The position numbers were made by a program, and so were the translations under genes. From Octopus bimaculoides (taxonomy: Eukaryota), in the NCBI RefSeq assembly GCF_001194135.2, contig NC_068984.1, forward strand, positions 17,362,854 to 17,425,898: a stretch of 63,045 nucleotides of DNA. The letters run 5' to 3'. The number at the start of each line of letters is the position of its first letter. The stretch's first letter is position 1. Below, one piece after another: positions 13,381 to 24,925 of this stretch. The notes beneath the pieces are model-generated. The model was not told the DNA's origin, ran no database searches, and saw only the letters and a list, made by a program, of their open reading frames with translations.

Positions 13381-13598
13381 TGAGTGGGGTACTGAAAAGT
13401 TCCTGGCTTTGGGTAAAAGAAAATACAGGAGGACCAGTTAATTATGATTTTATTCAACATATTCCCATCTCAGATTCACACACTTATTGCAGTGGTCCAT
13501 CAGTTTTTCTAAGCCCTGTAAAAGAACTTGGAAGGTTGGGTCTACAACCAGGCCTTTCACGATACCCTTAAAGCCAGGAACTTTTCAGCACCCCCTCA
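13381..13598 (-). mobile_element. Non-autonomous mariner-derived MITE
   Basis: TA|TGAGTGGGGTACTGAAAAGTTCCTGGCTTT ... AAAGCCAGGAACTTTTCAGCACCCCCTCA|TA; interior is the reverse complement of 922-1144. Confidence 0.85.
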
Positions 13599-14030
13599 TA
13601 TGTATGTATGTATGTATGTATGCATGCATGTATGTATGTATGTATGTATGTATGTGTGTTTGTGCCTTCTTGTCATGACATTGCATGATGGCCGTAAATA
13701 AGCATCCCCACCTTACAAGCAGTGTCATTTGTTTCCAATCTTGCATGAAAACATGTCCGGCCATGGGGAAATATTAGCTTGCTTGGAAACAAGTGAGGCT
13801 TGGCAAGAGGAAGAGCATTCAGCCATACAAAACATACATCAATGAATTCCATCTGATGACTCATACAAGCATGAAAAAGTGGATGTGGTGGTGATGGGGA
13901 TGATGATGATGATGATGACGGTGATGCTGACATTGATGATACTGGTGTGGTGGTGATAACAATGGGATGAGGATAGCATTGGTAGTGGTTGTGGTGATGA
14001 TGTTGTTTATGATGATAATGACGATGACAG

Positions 14031-14075
<45 letters not shown>

Positions 14076-14235
14076 GGAGGAGGAGGAGGAGGAGGAAGGT
14101 GATGTTGATGGCGATGATGATTTAGAAATATATTATTTACAGAAATTATTGCTTTGTTTAATTCACTAATTTTAAGTTATTTGGATGTTGTATCACCAAG
14201 AAATCACTGCACAGAGATTCTTCTGTAACATACAA

Positions 14236-14277
<42 letters not shown>

Positions 14278-14344
14278 CGCACGCACACACACACACACAC
14301 ACACACTGACATTCTGTCGGTTGCAATGGTGAGTGTTCTAGTTG

Positions 14345-14630
14345 ATACGATCAACCGAACAGCCTGCTTGTGAAACTAATGTGTAAGTGGCTGAGCACTC
14401 CACAGACACACATACCCTTGATGTAGTTCTCAGGGAGATTCAGCATGACACAGAATGTGACAAGACTGGCCCCCTTTGAATTACAGGTACAACTCATTTT
14501 TGCTGGCTGAGATGACTGGGGCAGTGTGAAATAAAGTGTCTTGCTCAAAGACACAACACCCCTGCCAGGATTTGAACTCATGACTTTATGACCCTGTGCT
14601 AAAAAGCCTGACCACTAAGCCACATGCCTT
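14345..14630 (-). mobile_element. tRNA-headed SINE family B, near full length
   Basis: Reverse complement of 2046-2308 and 48265-48600. Confidence 0.8.
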
Positions 14631-14665
14631 CGCTACACATATACACACACATATATACATATATA

Positions 14666-14879
14666 CAGGGTGTGGCAGAAAGGTTAATAAAAAATAAATG
14701 CATGAAGATACAAGAAAAGGCGATGCTCTCCATCCCAGGCCATAGTGGATACTATCTGAAACAGAGAGAAAAAATGGCATTTAATGAACTTTATAGAAAT
14801 ATAAAGTTTTTTTATGCATCTTCATGTGTTTATTTTTTATTAACCTTTGAAATCAGGGTGGCCTTTCTGCCGCACCCGG
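14666..14879. mobile_element. Tc1/mariner-type MITE with long TIRs
   Basis: TA|CAGGGTGTGGCAGAAAGG ... CCTTTCTGCCGCACCCGG|TA, plus an inner inverted block GGTTAATAAAAAATAAATGCATGAAGAT / ATCTTCATGTGTTTATTTTTTATTAACC. Confidence 0.85.
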
Positions 14880-14954
14880 TATATATGTTCAACAACTGTA
14901 TTTCAAAGATGGAAGAAATAACCTGTAGAATAGAGATGTCTTTCTTGTACCAGT

Positions 14955-14955
14955 T

Positions 14956-15001
<46 letters not shown>

Positions 15002-15008
15002 TTTCTTC

Positions 15009-15067
<59 letters not shown>

Positions 15068-15090
15068 TCGTTTTTCTTTCTTTCTTTCTT
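14955..15090. repeat. (CTTT)n microsatellite
   Basis: Direct reading. Confidence 0.95.
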
Positions 15091-15724
15091 AATGATGCCA
15101 TAGGGTGTGTGTGTGTGTGTTTTTTTCCGTTTTCGTTTGCTTAATTTAAAATTGTCTCAAACCATTTCTTGAGGTGTGTTGTGGAAAATTTCTAATTTCA
15201 AATGACAAAGGAAATTGTTTTGGAAGTTGGTTGTTTGGTTGTTTGGCATGTAAGCATGATTAGGAAGAACAAGCAAACTGCAAAAGGTGGTGGAATTGTG
15301 TCATGAGATATTTTTATCATTAAAATATATAATAAAAGACCAAAAAAAAAAAAAAGAACAAAAGAAAAGAGTTGTTACTTCTCAAATGAATAATGCTTGC
15401 AACACAAATGGAGAAAAGACAAGAAAAAAAACGTAAGCATATGCAATAATGAATACAGGGGTTAAAAAAAAAATGTAAAAAACTAATGAAAAATTTTAGA
15501 AATGATAAAGGAACAAAAATATTAAGGAAGGAGACAAAAACCGTGTTCTAAGCTGAATAGTATGTGAAATCTCATTTAAAAGTTTGTGAGACAACCTAAG
15601 GTGTTAGATTTAATATGACATAGAAGAGAGTCAAATCAGCAAAAGACTTTTATTGGATACAGAAAATCAGAGAATTTCTGCAGGTTGAAAATCTGATAAA
15701 ACTCTGTTATATTACACTTTCTCC

Positions 15725-16070
15725 CCTTGTTTTTCTCTGTCTCTCTGTATCTCTTTGTATCTCTCTGTGTCTCTCTGTGTCTCTCTATCTCTCTACCTCT
15801 CAGTCTCTGTTGCTCTCTTCCTCTGTCACTCTCTGTCTCTGTCTGTGTTTGTCACTTTTTCTCTGTCTCTCTGCATTTGCTTCTCTCTTGCTCTCTCCCT
15901 CTGTTGCTCTCTTAACCCTATCTCTGTCACACTCTGTTCTATGTCTCTCTGTTGCACACCCCCTTTGTCATTCTCTGTCTTTGTCGCTGTCTCTCTTTGT
16001 CACTCTCTCTCTCTGTTGCTCTCTGTCACTTTCTGCCTCTCTGTCTCTGTTTATATCTGTCCTTGTATAC

Positions 16071-16156
<86 letters not shown>

Positions 16157-16382
16157 TTCTCACTGCACACACACTACTCTCTCCTCACTTCATTCTCTTT
16201 CTCTCATACTCCCTCTCCTTCTGAGCATACGCTTCTCTCTCTCTCTCTCCATTCTCCCTCCCTCTCTCTTTCCATTTCTCCTCTCTTTCTTCCATACACA
16301 CACATACACTCTTTCTCTCTCTCCACTCCCCCTCTCTCTCCATTTCCTCTCTCTCTCTCTCTCTCTCTCTCACTTCCTCTCA
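15725..16382. repeat. Degenerate (CT)n low-complexity tract
   Basis: Direct reading. Confidence 0.9.
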
Positions 16383-16952
16383 CTTGCACACATGTATACA
16401 CTCCATTGCAAGTTTATTTCACTCGGAGTCTTATGCCCTTACAAACAGACCAGTTCACACATATACATATATTGATTTCTAAGCTTGGCATAAGGCCACA
16501 AATTTGGGTCAGGAAACAGTCAAATTCACTCGACCCCAGTACTTGATTGGTACTGATTTTATCGACCCTGAAAAGATAAAAGGCAAAGCTAATCCTGGTG
16601 GGATATGAATTCTGAAGGTAGAGGAACGTAACTGAATACCGCAATGCAATTTATCGCTACTTTATCACTTTACTGATGCTGCCAATCTAACTCTATCTCC
16701 ACCTTCACCAGCGCATATATTATCATATATTATGTGAGCCAATAAAGGAGCTTTTACGAGGTCATTTAGCCTACTAGAAATAGAAGCTAAATCATCATTA
16801 CATTATCTCCTATTGTTTTAGAAGAGATGCATTAAAAAATGTAGGCTTGCATGTACTATGCTCAAAGAAAAGACAGGTTGGTCATGAATAGAATGCCTGT
16901 GACTAGTGATTTACTTGATTAAGACTGACCTGGGGCTAAACTACAACAACAA

Positions 16953-16987
<35 letters not shown>

Positions 16988-17389
16988 GCAACAACAACAA
17001 CAGCAATAGCAACAACAACATATATATCGTAAATATAGATTTTGATATATGGAATATTTACATATGTATGTATAGACAGGTATTGATTTCATCAGGGGTT
17101 AGGGATTTCTATAATTGATAAATTGACCCCAGTGCATTATTGGTATATAAACGTTGTCAGCCCTAGTACATTGAAAGATCAGCTTGACTGAGAAGGACTT
17201 GAACCGAGAACAGCAAGCTATCTAACTGAATAGTTACAATGGGCTTCTGCAGAAAGTCTGTCTACCAAATGCTATTCACAACATATTAGTTTACCTGACA
17301 CTAGGGTAAGAAACACATGCCTAAAGTTCTGCACTTTGGGGTCAGATATGAAACCTTATTACAGCCAACACTTCACTGCAGTTAATAAC

Positions 17390-17460
<71 letters not shown>

Positions 17461-17908
17461 GGCAGTGGCTCTCATGGCTTCTGATCTTAATTGACTGGAA
17501 GTGTTATCATGTACATTGTTTTGTCTTGGTATAAGAGATGGGCTACAGCAAATGTTCTGCTCAATACCACAGATTTGTTTGTCAGTTGTTTGACCTTAAC
17601 CAGTTGAGCATGTCCCTTGGTGGCTGACGATATGTGCATCTCTGATCACGAGCAGAAGTAGTGGGGGAGCATCATNNNNNNNNNNTTTGAGCGGGATGGG
17701 CTACTCAACCTGAAGAAAATTCTAACTGGGCCCCACCTGCTAGGTCATGTGCTGTTTATCTTGATATGAGATCACCACGTCGTGCACATATGGTTGTGAT
17801 GCATGTGCCTGGTGTACCCTTATCAGATGGGTAGTCATGATGGGTGTAATGGGCTTCGCATATTTTATCCCAGTGTCACTTTGATGGCATGCACTGCTCT
17901 CTCACTCA
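17461..17908 (+). mobile_element. Non-coding interspersed element embedded in (AAT)n, possibly a non-autonomous partner of R4/Dong-like elements
   Basis: Flanked by (AAT)n on both sides. A reverse-complement partial copy at 42100-42234 also abuts (TAT)n. Confidence 0.55.
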
Positions 17909-17929
17909 ACAATAATAATTAATAATAAT

Positions 17930-18222
17930 GGGATAAGGAAGAAAGAAAAGCTGAAAGATATGACAGATTAGCTTGGGAGGTTAAAACAGTTGTGGTCAAG
18001 GGGAAAGGTGGAAGTTGTACCAATAATTGTCAGAGCCCTGGGAAGAGTGAGTAAAAATCTTGAGAAGTACAAGGAACAAATAGGGGCTGCAATATGGGTG
18101 GAGAACTTGCAGAAAACAGCATTGCTTGGAACTGCTCGAATACTCCGAATGGTGCTTCAAAAATAAGGTAGTAAACAGCTGGCACTATAGTACATCTCTA
18201 GCGTTAGAAGCTGTGCAAAGAC
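17930..18222 (+). mobile_element. R4/Dong-like RLE non-LTR retrotransposon, 3' remnant
   Basis: With one frameshift it reads KEERKAERYDRLAWEVKQLWSRGKVEVVPIIVRALGRVSKNLEKYKEQIGAAIWVENLQKTALLGTARILRMVLQK*, followed by a short 3'UTR and (AAT)n. Confidence 0.8.
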
Positions 18223-18295
<73 letters not shown>

Positions 18296-18299
<4 letters not shown>

Positions 18300-18490
18300 G
18301 GGAAATTGAAATAGAATGCCTGGTAGAGCTCCTACAGAAAGTTTGTCTCTTAGGGACAGCAAAGATTATCAGGAGGGTCCTAAGCACTTGAAAGACTGCT
18401 GAAAATGTATGGATTCCTAAGGTTACAGGTAGTAACCCACTATCCACACAATCCCTACCAGGAATAAGACTGAACCTGAGACAAACCAAA
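18296..18490 (+). mobile_element. Second R4/Dong-like 3' remnant (different family)
   Basis: TREIEIECLVELLQKVCLLGTAKIIRRVLST* (stop 18389-18391), then a different 3'UTR ending in AATAATGATAATAA. Confidence 0.7.
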
Positions 18491-18724
18491 ATAATGATAA
18501 TAAAACTTAGATATATGGTTTATGATGCACATTTTGACATACATTGTATACAGAAATTACTGCTTTATTTAATTTACTATAGGGGTTGTTCTGAAGATAA
18601 TGCAGAAATAGGAATGACTTTTTTTATTAACTAATGTCATTCAAACTGCACACGTTGGTAGAATAACAGTTCTATTATAATAACTCTTCTGTGCATTCTT
18701 CATATTACATGCAAATAATGGGTT

Positions 18725-19190
18725 CCAGGCAGAAACAACATGTAACGCTGAATGGTTGACAAAGGAAGGTGTAAGCTGTCCAATAACTGCAGAAATTTAC
18801 AAGTTGCTTATGGAGATAATACTGTTGAAAGAGGAAAGCCCACGAATAGATGAAGAAATTTAAAGAAGGGGAAACTAGCATCGGTGACAAACTGCGCAGT
18901 AGGAGACCATCAGCTGCAATCACTGACATAAATTGCCAGCGAATGGATGAGTTGATCCACATGGACAGATGACCCATAGTAAGCAAGCCATGAGCTTAAT
19001 GCATGGCTGTGTATTTTGGTCACAATACATAACAAAAGGTGGGAGAAGACTTTGAGTATCATGAAGTGTGTGCAAAAGGGGGTACGGTACTTTGGCAGTT
19101 GACACTTGATCTGAAGGAGAGATGGGTGCAAGTCTGTTCTGATGCGCTGGAAGCATTTGAAGCCAATGAAGACACTACCACCATCATGGT
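18725..19190 (+). pseudogene. Decayed mariner transposase, N-terminal half
   Basis: Frameshifted pieces: WLTKEG..., ..KFKEGETSIGDKLRSRRPSAAITD, and EYHEVCAKG...WQLTLDLKERWVQVCSD (WVPR-like linker region). Confidence 0.75.
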
Positions 19191-19204
19191 GCCATACTGA
19201 AACC

Positions 19205-20310
19205 TTTTTATGTGTATGTTGGACTTCAACAGGTGTGTGTTTTGTCACCTCTTCTTTTCATAATTTTTATGAACTGGATTAACATGCATAGCCAGTGATA
19301 TCACGATTGGTGGGTGTAGAATCGGTCACCTGATATTTGCAAACATGGTGCTACATGGTCCATCAAAAGGTGGTCTCCAGCATGCACTGAATAGGTTCCA
19401 TGCTGAGTGCTGCAAGGCAGGGACAAGAATTTGTGTTATGAAAACTGACAGATTGGTTTTCTCAAGAGACTCATCTCAGTGCACTCTGCACTTTAGTGGA
19501 ACATGTGAGATGTGAGATGAGTGGAGAGTTTAAGTACCTTAACCCAGTAAGTCCCACTGTCCTATAAATAGGACACTAAATGAGAACATTAAATAAGCTA
19601 TACCACATTGTCTCAGTGGCCTATTTATAGGACACCAAATATTTCCATTTCTACTTGAAGTAAAGGAGTTTTAATAATTATTTTTTTCATTTTAACCTAT
19701 TTTCAATCATCTGTAAAAATTTCAAAGTAATATTCAGAAATTTAAGTACTCTGGGACTTAATGAGTTAAGGCTGTGTTCATGAATGATAGAAGGCAGGAA
19801 GCTGAACACTAATGTCCCTGCACTGTTATTTGATCCTCAAAGGAAGAGAGATTGGTAAAAAAAAAAAGTCAAACTTGCTATCTTCAATTTAGTGTGCCTA
19901 TCCTCACCTATGGTTATTAATGTTGGGTAATGGCCAAAAGAGTATGATTGCAAATACAAGCAGTCAAAATGGGGTTCTTCCAAAGGGTCTCTGGAGTAAT
20001 GCAGAGACTAACTCTAGGATTAGTAACTCAGAGATCAGGGAGTCTTTTTAGGTTGAGCCACTGGTACTATAGACATGTTGTACTACACGTGTGTTTAGGA
20101 TGTTGCAGGAAAAGATTGCAAGACGGATTCTTTAAGCTGAATCAACTGGTAGGAGTTATAGGAGCAGACTAAGAATGAAATGGTTGAATAATATCCATTG
20201 TTTCAGTTGGCTGCACTTGGGAATCCAGACAGAAAAATTTAATGATGGTTACATCTGATATGATCCTATTGAGGAGTTACCTGAGGGCTCCAGCCCCACC
20301 AGCTTTCTCA
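19205..20310 (+). pseudogene. Decayed RTE-clade LINE (reverse transcriptase through C-terminus)
   Basis: CVLSPLLFIIFMNWI; GLQHALNRFHAEC; ESFKYL; PILTYGY*CWVM...QAVKMGFFQRVSG; RMLQEKIARRIL*AESTGR...KWLNNIHCFSWLHLGI. Confidence 0.85.
19543..19765. mobile_element. piggyBac-like MITE with TTAA target-site duplication
   Basis: TTAA|CCCAGTAAGTCCCA ... TGGGACTTAATGAG|TTAA (12/14 TIR match). Removing it restores the RT frame FKYLKAVFMNDRRQE. Confidence 0.8.
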
Positions 20311-20605
20311 AGAATAGTGGGTGGAGAAGATAGATGGATGGATGGATGGATATATATNNNNNNNNNNCGATGGGTAAATTGTCGCCATTTTATATTTTTA
20401 ATTTCATGCATGTGCATTGTTTGTTCTTGATTTTGTCAACTACACAGTATAGGCAGGTTAGCTGGGCACTGTCTGTGAGAAAAACACCACCATGACACAA
20501 TTCACTCTGCCAGAAATTTGGAAACAACATACTGTACTGCTTGGCATTTGTGCAAGAATCTCCAATATGAGCATTTCATAGTGTTTGGGTGTCAATCTGA
20601 GGACA

Positions 20606-21106
20606 TGTACCGAAAGTGATAAAAATCAAACATCCAGTCAACATCATGGTGTTTGGAGTGGTCACTAGTGATGGTGGCGTTATGCCTCCATTCATCTTTC
20701 CACATGGTCTCAGACTCAACACAGAGGCCTACATTAGGTGTCTGGAAGAGGTAGTGCTGCCCTGGGTGAAGAGGATAACTGCTGGAAGACCCTATGTCTG
20801 GCAACCAGACTGCACCCTACCACACAAACAGGAGAACCCTGTCATGGCTGTCAGACAATTTCTGTGACACAACACCCCTAATATCTGGCTACCTAACTCC
20901 CCAGACTGCAACCCCTTGATTATTATTTGTGGGGTGCAGTTGAGTGAGAGACCAACAAAACCCCTTGTAACACCAAAGATGAACTGAAGGCAAGGATCAT
21001 GGCAGCATTCACCAACTTAAACAAGGAGACCGTCCAGAAGAGTTTGCAGGAGATTTAGAAGTTGTCTGGAGACCATGGTTGAAGCCAATGGCGATTTATT
21101 GAATAA
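20606..21106 (+). pseudogene. maT/DD37D Tc1-mariner transposase, catalytic half, frameshifted
   Basis: KHPVNIMVFGVVTSDGGVMPPFIF...GRPYVWQ(Q)D; WL/PNSPDCNPLDYY; ...MVEANGD(F)IE*. Confidence 0.9.
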
Positions 21107-21262
21107 ATTTACTCTTTAATATTTCAAGATATCTTTATGTAATTTTAATAAATATATCTGTTAAAGGTTGACATAGTAATTTTTCTGGAAACAAGCAAAT
21201 GAAATAATCTAATAATCTATAATATAAGCCAGCATTGACTTTGCTACTTGTTTTTCATGCAG

Positions 21263-21351
21263 CTGGCATCCATTGGCTTTTCTGCTCCACTCTATTTATT
21301 CACTAAAACTCTACGTATTGCTTTCTGTTTTCTTACACCTGGTAATAATTG
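21263..21351 (+). CDS. Candidate internal exon (LASIGFSAPLYLFTKTLRIAFCFLTPGNN or WHPLAFLLHSIYSLKLYVLLSVFLHLVII)
   Basis: Acceptor ttgctacttgtttttcatgcag|, donor TTG|gtaaga (alternative CTG|gtaata at 21342). Two frames are open. Confidence 0.4.
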
Positions 21352-21704
21352 GTAAGAATTACTCTTTGTCGATGAGAACTAATAAAACTAAGACAAGTCC
21401 ATAGTTAACATCGTAGCATCATAAATATCATATTGCATTCTATTTTAAATTATCTTTAATTAATTAAAATTCTGTGGGTTGTCTCTCTTGCCTTTCTTGA
21501 GTAGAATTAATCATTAAACTAATTAATCATTTTTTTTCACCTGCACTACAGATTTAATGTTAATTAAATTAATATTTTTTTGTTTAATCCATTTAGTACA
21601 TTAGTACCAGTCCTTCGGTTAGTTACCCCTTTTGAAGAATATTTTGCAAATTTTAATTGTTATAATTGGATATTTACATTAGTTATGTAGAACAAATGTG
21701 AAGG

Positions 21705-21968
21705 CAGGTGGCCTAATGGTTCGGCTATTGCACTCATGATTGCTAGATCATGAGTTTGATTCTTTGACTGAGTGGTGCATGGTGTTCTTGAGCAAAATAC
21801 TTCATTTCCCATTGCTCCAGCCCCACTTCGATCCGGGGGTAATGTCGGTCTGCTTGCCTGGCCAACAGATTTGGCATTATTTGAAGGCTAAACCAATGGG
21901 AAAACGCATTGTGACCAGCGATGTGCAACAGCATCTGGTAGCCTGGTTGGTCACGTGATCATGTGATT
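21705..21968 (+). mobile_element. tRNA-headed SINE with an RTE LINE-derived 3' tail
   Basis: Head TGGCCTAATGG...GAGTTTGATTC. The tail CGCATTGTGACCAGCGATGTGCAACAGCATCTG matches the LINE end at ~43975-44020. Confidence 0.7.
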
Positions 21969-22054
21969 TAGAATAAGTAGACAATTAAAATGCTGCTGCA
22001 GCTACTGATGATGTTGTTGTTGATGATGATGATGACGACGACGATGACGATGAT

Positions 22055-22085
<31 letters not shown>

Positions 22086-22086
22086 A

Positions 22087-22118
<32 letters not shown>

Positions 22119-23054
22119 CTGCACCCTGTATTACCGATTTCCTTTGCAAAATAGGGATAGCGGTGGCCCATCAGAGAAATGAGCCCTGTGAGGAGGAGTA
22201 GATGCTGCAGTGAGTGTCACTGACCATTCTCTGAAGCAACACCATCATGGTCATTACTGCGGCTGAGCATCCCACTTGTTTTGGGGTATGTGGCCCATTG
22301 CTCCTCCCCCTCCATCGTCTGTTGCTTTACTCCCCACCTTTTCCTTTTCTTTCTTTTCCTTTCTTATCTCCCTTCTTTTCTGTTTCTTTGTATTTCTCAT
22401 ATCTTTTTTTAATTATTTGTAAGACAGCCTCCAATTAACTGGATATGTACATAACACCAGACAGGACTTGAAATCAGAATCTTTATAATTATAAATACTA
22501 TCGAAGCCAATTTAGCAATATCAATTCCGAGTTCAAATCAAATCCTGTACTATGTACACATTACTGAATAAGACACCTAATGATAAATGGAGATCAAAGA
22601 GATTTAAACGATCAAAAAGATTAAGATGTAGATATAAATATTAGAAGACTTTTCATCTTTGGAGATGAAATTAACACTCGGAAAAATTATAATTAGATTC
22701 TTTTATGTTGCTAATGCCTTTAAGAAAGGTAGAGAAATCCCAATTCTTGTTTATCACTCTCTTAAATATCTTATATTTCATACCGACATATAATGAAGAT
22801 ATTGCTCCAGCATGGTCTCTGTTTTGATGGTTATATCAAACTAGACAACTATACCTTCCAAGAATAGGTGTCAGGTAACTACGTCAGTGTCTCCTTTCTA
22901 GTTCTGCATTATCGAATCTATTTATAGGAAGTGTGTAAATGCTTTTAAAAAAAATCATTCATCTTCTCTGCTCCTGTGTCAATTAAATGCCAGAATATGT
23001 TATTCTTTAAGAACATTTAATGGTAATTATTATGTCTACAATAATGTTGCTCAG

Positions 23055-23137
23055 AGAAATATCGGAATGATTTGTCAGATATAGATTTGAATTTAGACAA
23101 ACATGTTTCCACTCCTGTTTACTTGGTGACAGAAATG
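23055..23137 (+). CDS. Weak candidate exon (KYRNDLSDIDLNLDKHVSTPVYLVTEM)
   Basis: Strong donor ATG|gtaaga and 27 open codons. Weak acceptors; all candidate AGs give phase 1. Confidence 0.3.
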
Positions 23138-23469
23138 GTAAGACCAGTGAGAAGATGATGCAGTTGTAGATTGATAAAGTAAATTCACATCTAGTTTAAT
23201 GGTTTACAATGCTGAAAACAGTCTCGTCATTATATTACCTTTTACACATGATACAAGGTAGATGAAACAATTTGAAGAGACAGGCTGCTTAAGCAAGGGA
23301 AAAAGCACGAGATGGTCATCCAGTGGACCATGCCATTTAATTTCATTCAAGCCTTCAATGCCCATGTTTTGCTACCATTTGATATTACACTTTGTACATG
23401 AGTGTCACATAATCTGGTCTCCATTCAAAAAAAACAAAAACAAAAAAAAAAACAGAAACAAAAATCAAC

Positions 23470-23840
23470 AGGAGTGGCTGTGTGGTAAGTAGCTTGCTTA
23501 CCAACCACATGGTTCCGGGTTCAGTCCCACAGCGTGGNNNNNNNNNNTGAGTGGATTTGGTAGACGGAAACTGGAAGAAGCCCGTCGTATATATGTATAT
23601 GTATATGTATATATATATATATATGTGTGTGTTTGTGTGTCTGTGTTTGTCCCTCCAACATCGCCTGACAACCGATGCTGGTGGTTTACATCCCTGTAAC
23701 TTAGCAGTTCAGCAAAAGAGACTGATAGAATAAGTACTAGGCTTACAAAAAATAAGTCCTGGGGTCGATTTCCTCGACTAAAGGCAGTGCTCCAGCATGG
23801 CCGCAGTCAAATGACTGAAACAAGTAAAAGAATAAAAGAG
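23470..23840 (+). mobile_element. SINE family A, near full length
   Basis: tRNA-like head GGAGTGGCTGTGTGGTAAG...GGTTCAGTCCC, microsatellite hinge and right module. Confidence 0.85.
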
Positions 23841-23844
23841 TAAA

Positions 23845-24235
23845 GATAGTTAATAATTCTCTGAACATTACAAACTTTATCCTTACTCTGGCCATTATGT
23901 TTTCACAACACTGTTGATTAGAACAACCAACAAAAGCTATCAACTGCTTATAGGAGACATCTGGGCTCACCAGGAGCTGCTGATGGCTTCTGAAAGATAT
24001 AATTTTAAGAGTGCTGTTATGAGTTTGTGCCTCTTTATGTGCCTCTGTTACATATGAAGTCTTCGTTCCTTTACACTGGATACACAGAATAGAGTTCCTA
24101 CATATTAATTTCCTTCATTTTGAACATGCCCACTTCTCTGATAACCAACCAAAACTTATTCCCTGGCTAGGTTGGCTTTTAAGCCCAGCATATTTATGCA
24201 GGGCTTATCCTCTAATTCTTCCACTGATTCACCCA
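23845..24235 (-). pseudogene. Decayed RTE LINE fragment (end of RT, Cys-rich region)
   Basis: LVFVGESVEELEDK...GLKANLAR; ...CSNQQCCENIMARVRIKFVMFRELL, homologous to 58186-58567. Confidence 0.75.
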
Positions 24236-24399
24236 CAAAGACTAAGCTCTGATATATATTCAGTTGGTCATTAAAAGGTCGTTATTATTGTCATTTGGCC
24301 CCAGATAAACCTTGATTAAACTGTTTAATATGTCTTCTTTTTTTTTGTTATAAGATAGAGCTGATTCTACTGTTCAATATTTTTGAGATGAGGAATTCT

Positions 24400-24685
24400 G
24401 TACATTATTTACATTATTTACAATAGATGGATATATGTCCTCATTTTGTTTGTTGTTACCACAACATTTCAGTTGATTTACTCTCCAGCCTTCATCAGGT
24501 GTCCTGGTAGGATTTTGAACTCAATCCTGGGTTCTCATTCCTAAGGTATTTTTTGCTGATGTTATTATCATCATCATCATCGTCATTATTATTATTATTT
24601 ATTCAAGGTGCTGCCTAGAATTGAACTTGCAATCTTGGGGTTAGTATCCCGAGCTCTCAACCATTATGCTATATGCCCATGGGCT
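24400..24685 (-). mobile_element. tRNA-headed SINE-like element containing a degenerate hammerhead-like motif
   Basis: Minus strand: A box TAGCATAATGG (24671-24661), B box GTTCAATTC (24626-24618), (AAT/GAT) linker, hammerhead-like core, tail (TGTAAATAA)2TGTA. Confidence 0.7.
24456..24504 (-). ncRNA. Minimal type I hammerhead ribozyme-like motif, probably inactivated in this copy
   Basis: GGACAC-CUGAUGA-A-GGCUG-GAGAGUAAAU-CAACU-GAAA-UG-UU-GUGGU; helix II and helix I are imperfect. Confidence 0.55.
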
Positions 24686-24925
24686 GAGGCAAATTTGTCT
24701 TCTATTTGCATGACACTTCTATAATTAAAGTCTCAATTAAGCAATGTTCGTTAAGCCATTAACAAGCATCCAAAGGCAGATCCATGCCCTTGTTTTCATG
24801 ATAAGTAATTCCTAATTTAATCTATTCACCTGAGTATTTTCACTTGGCTACAATGTCTGAGATTTTATTTAGTTTATGGACTCAAAGCTCACTTTATTTT
24901 TTCTTCATTTAAATTTAATTTTTAA

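Noticed and set aside
11238-13460. 200-400 aa ORFs composed mostly of X (also near 32.6, 40.6, 53 and 58.5 kb)
   Set aside because: They run through N gaps, which contain no stop codons.
24607-24684. Functional tRNA gene (also the heads of SINE families A, B and C)
   Set aside because: A and B boxes are present, but the T and acceptor stems do not pair and the heads continue into repeat bodies.
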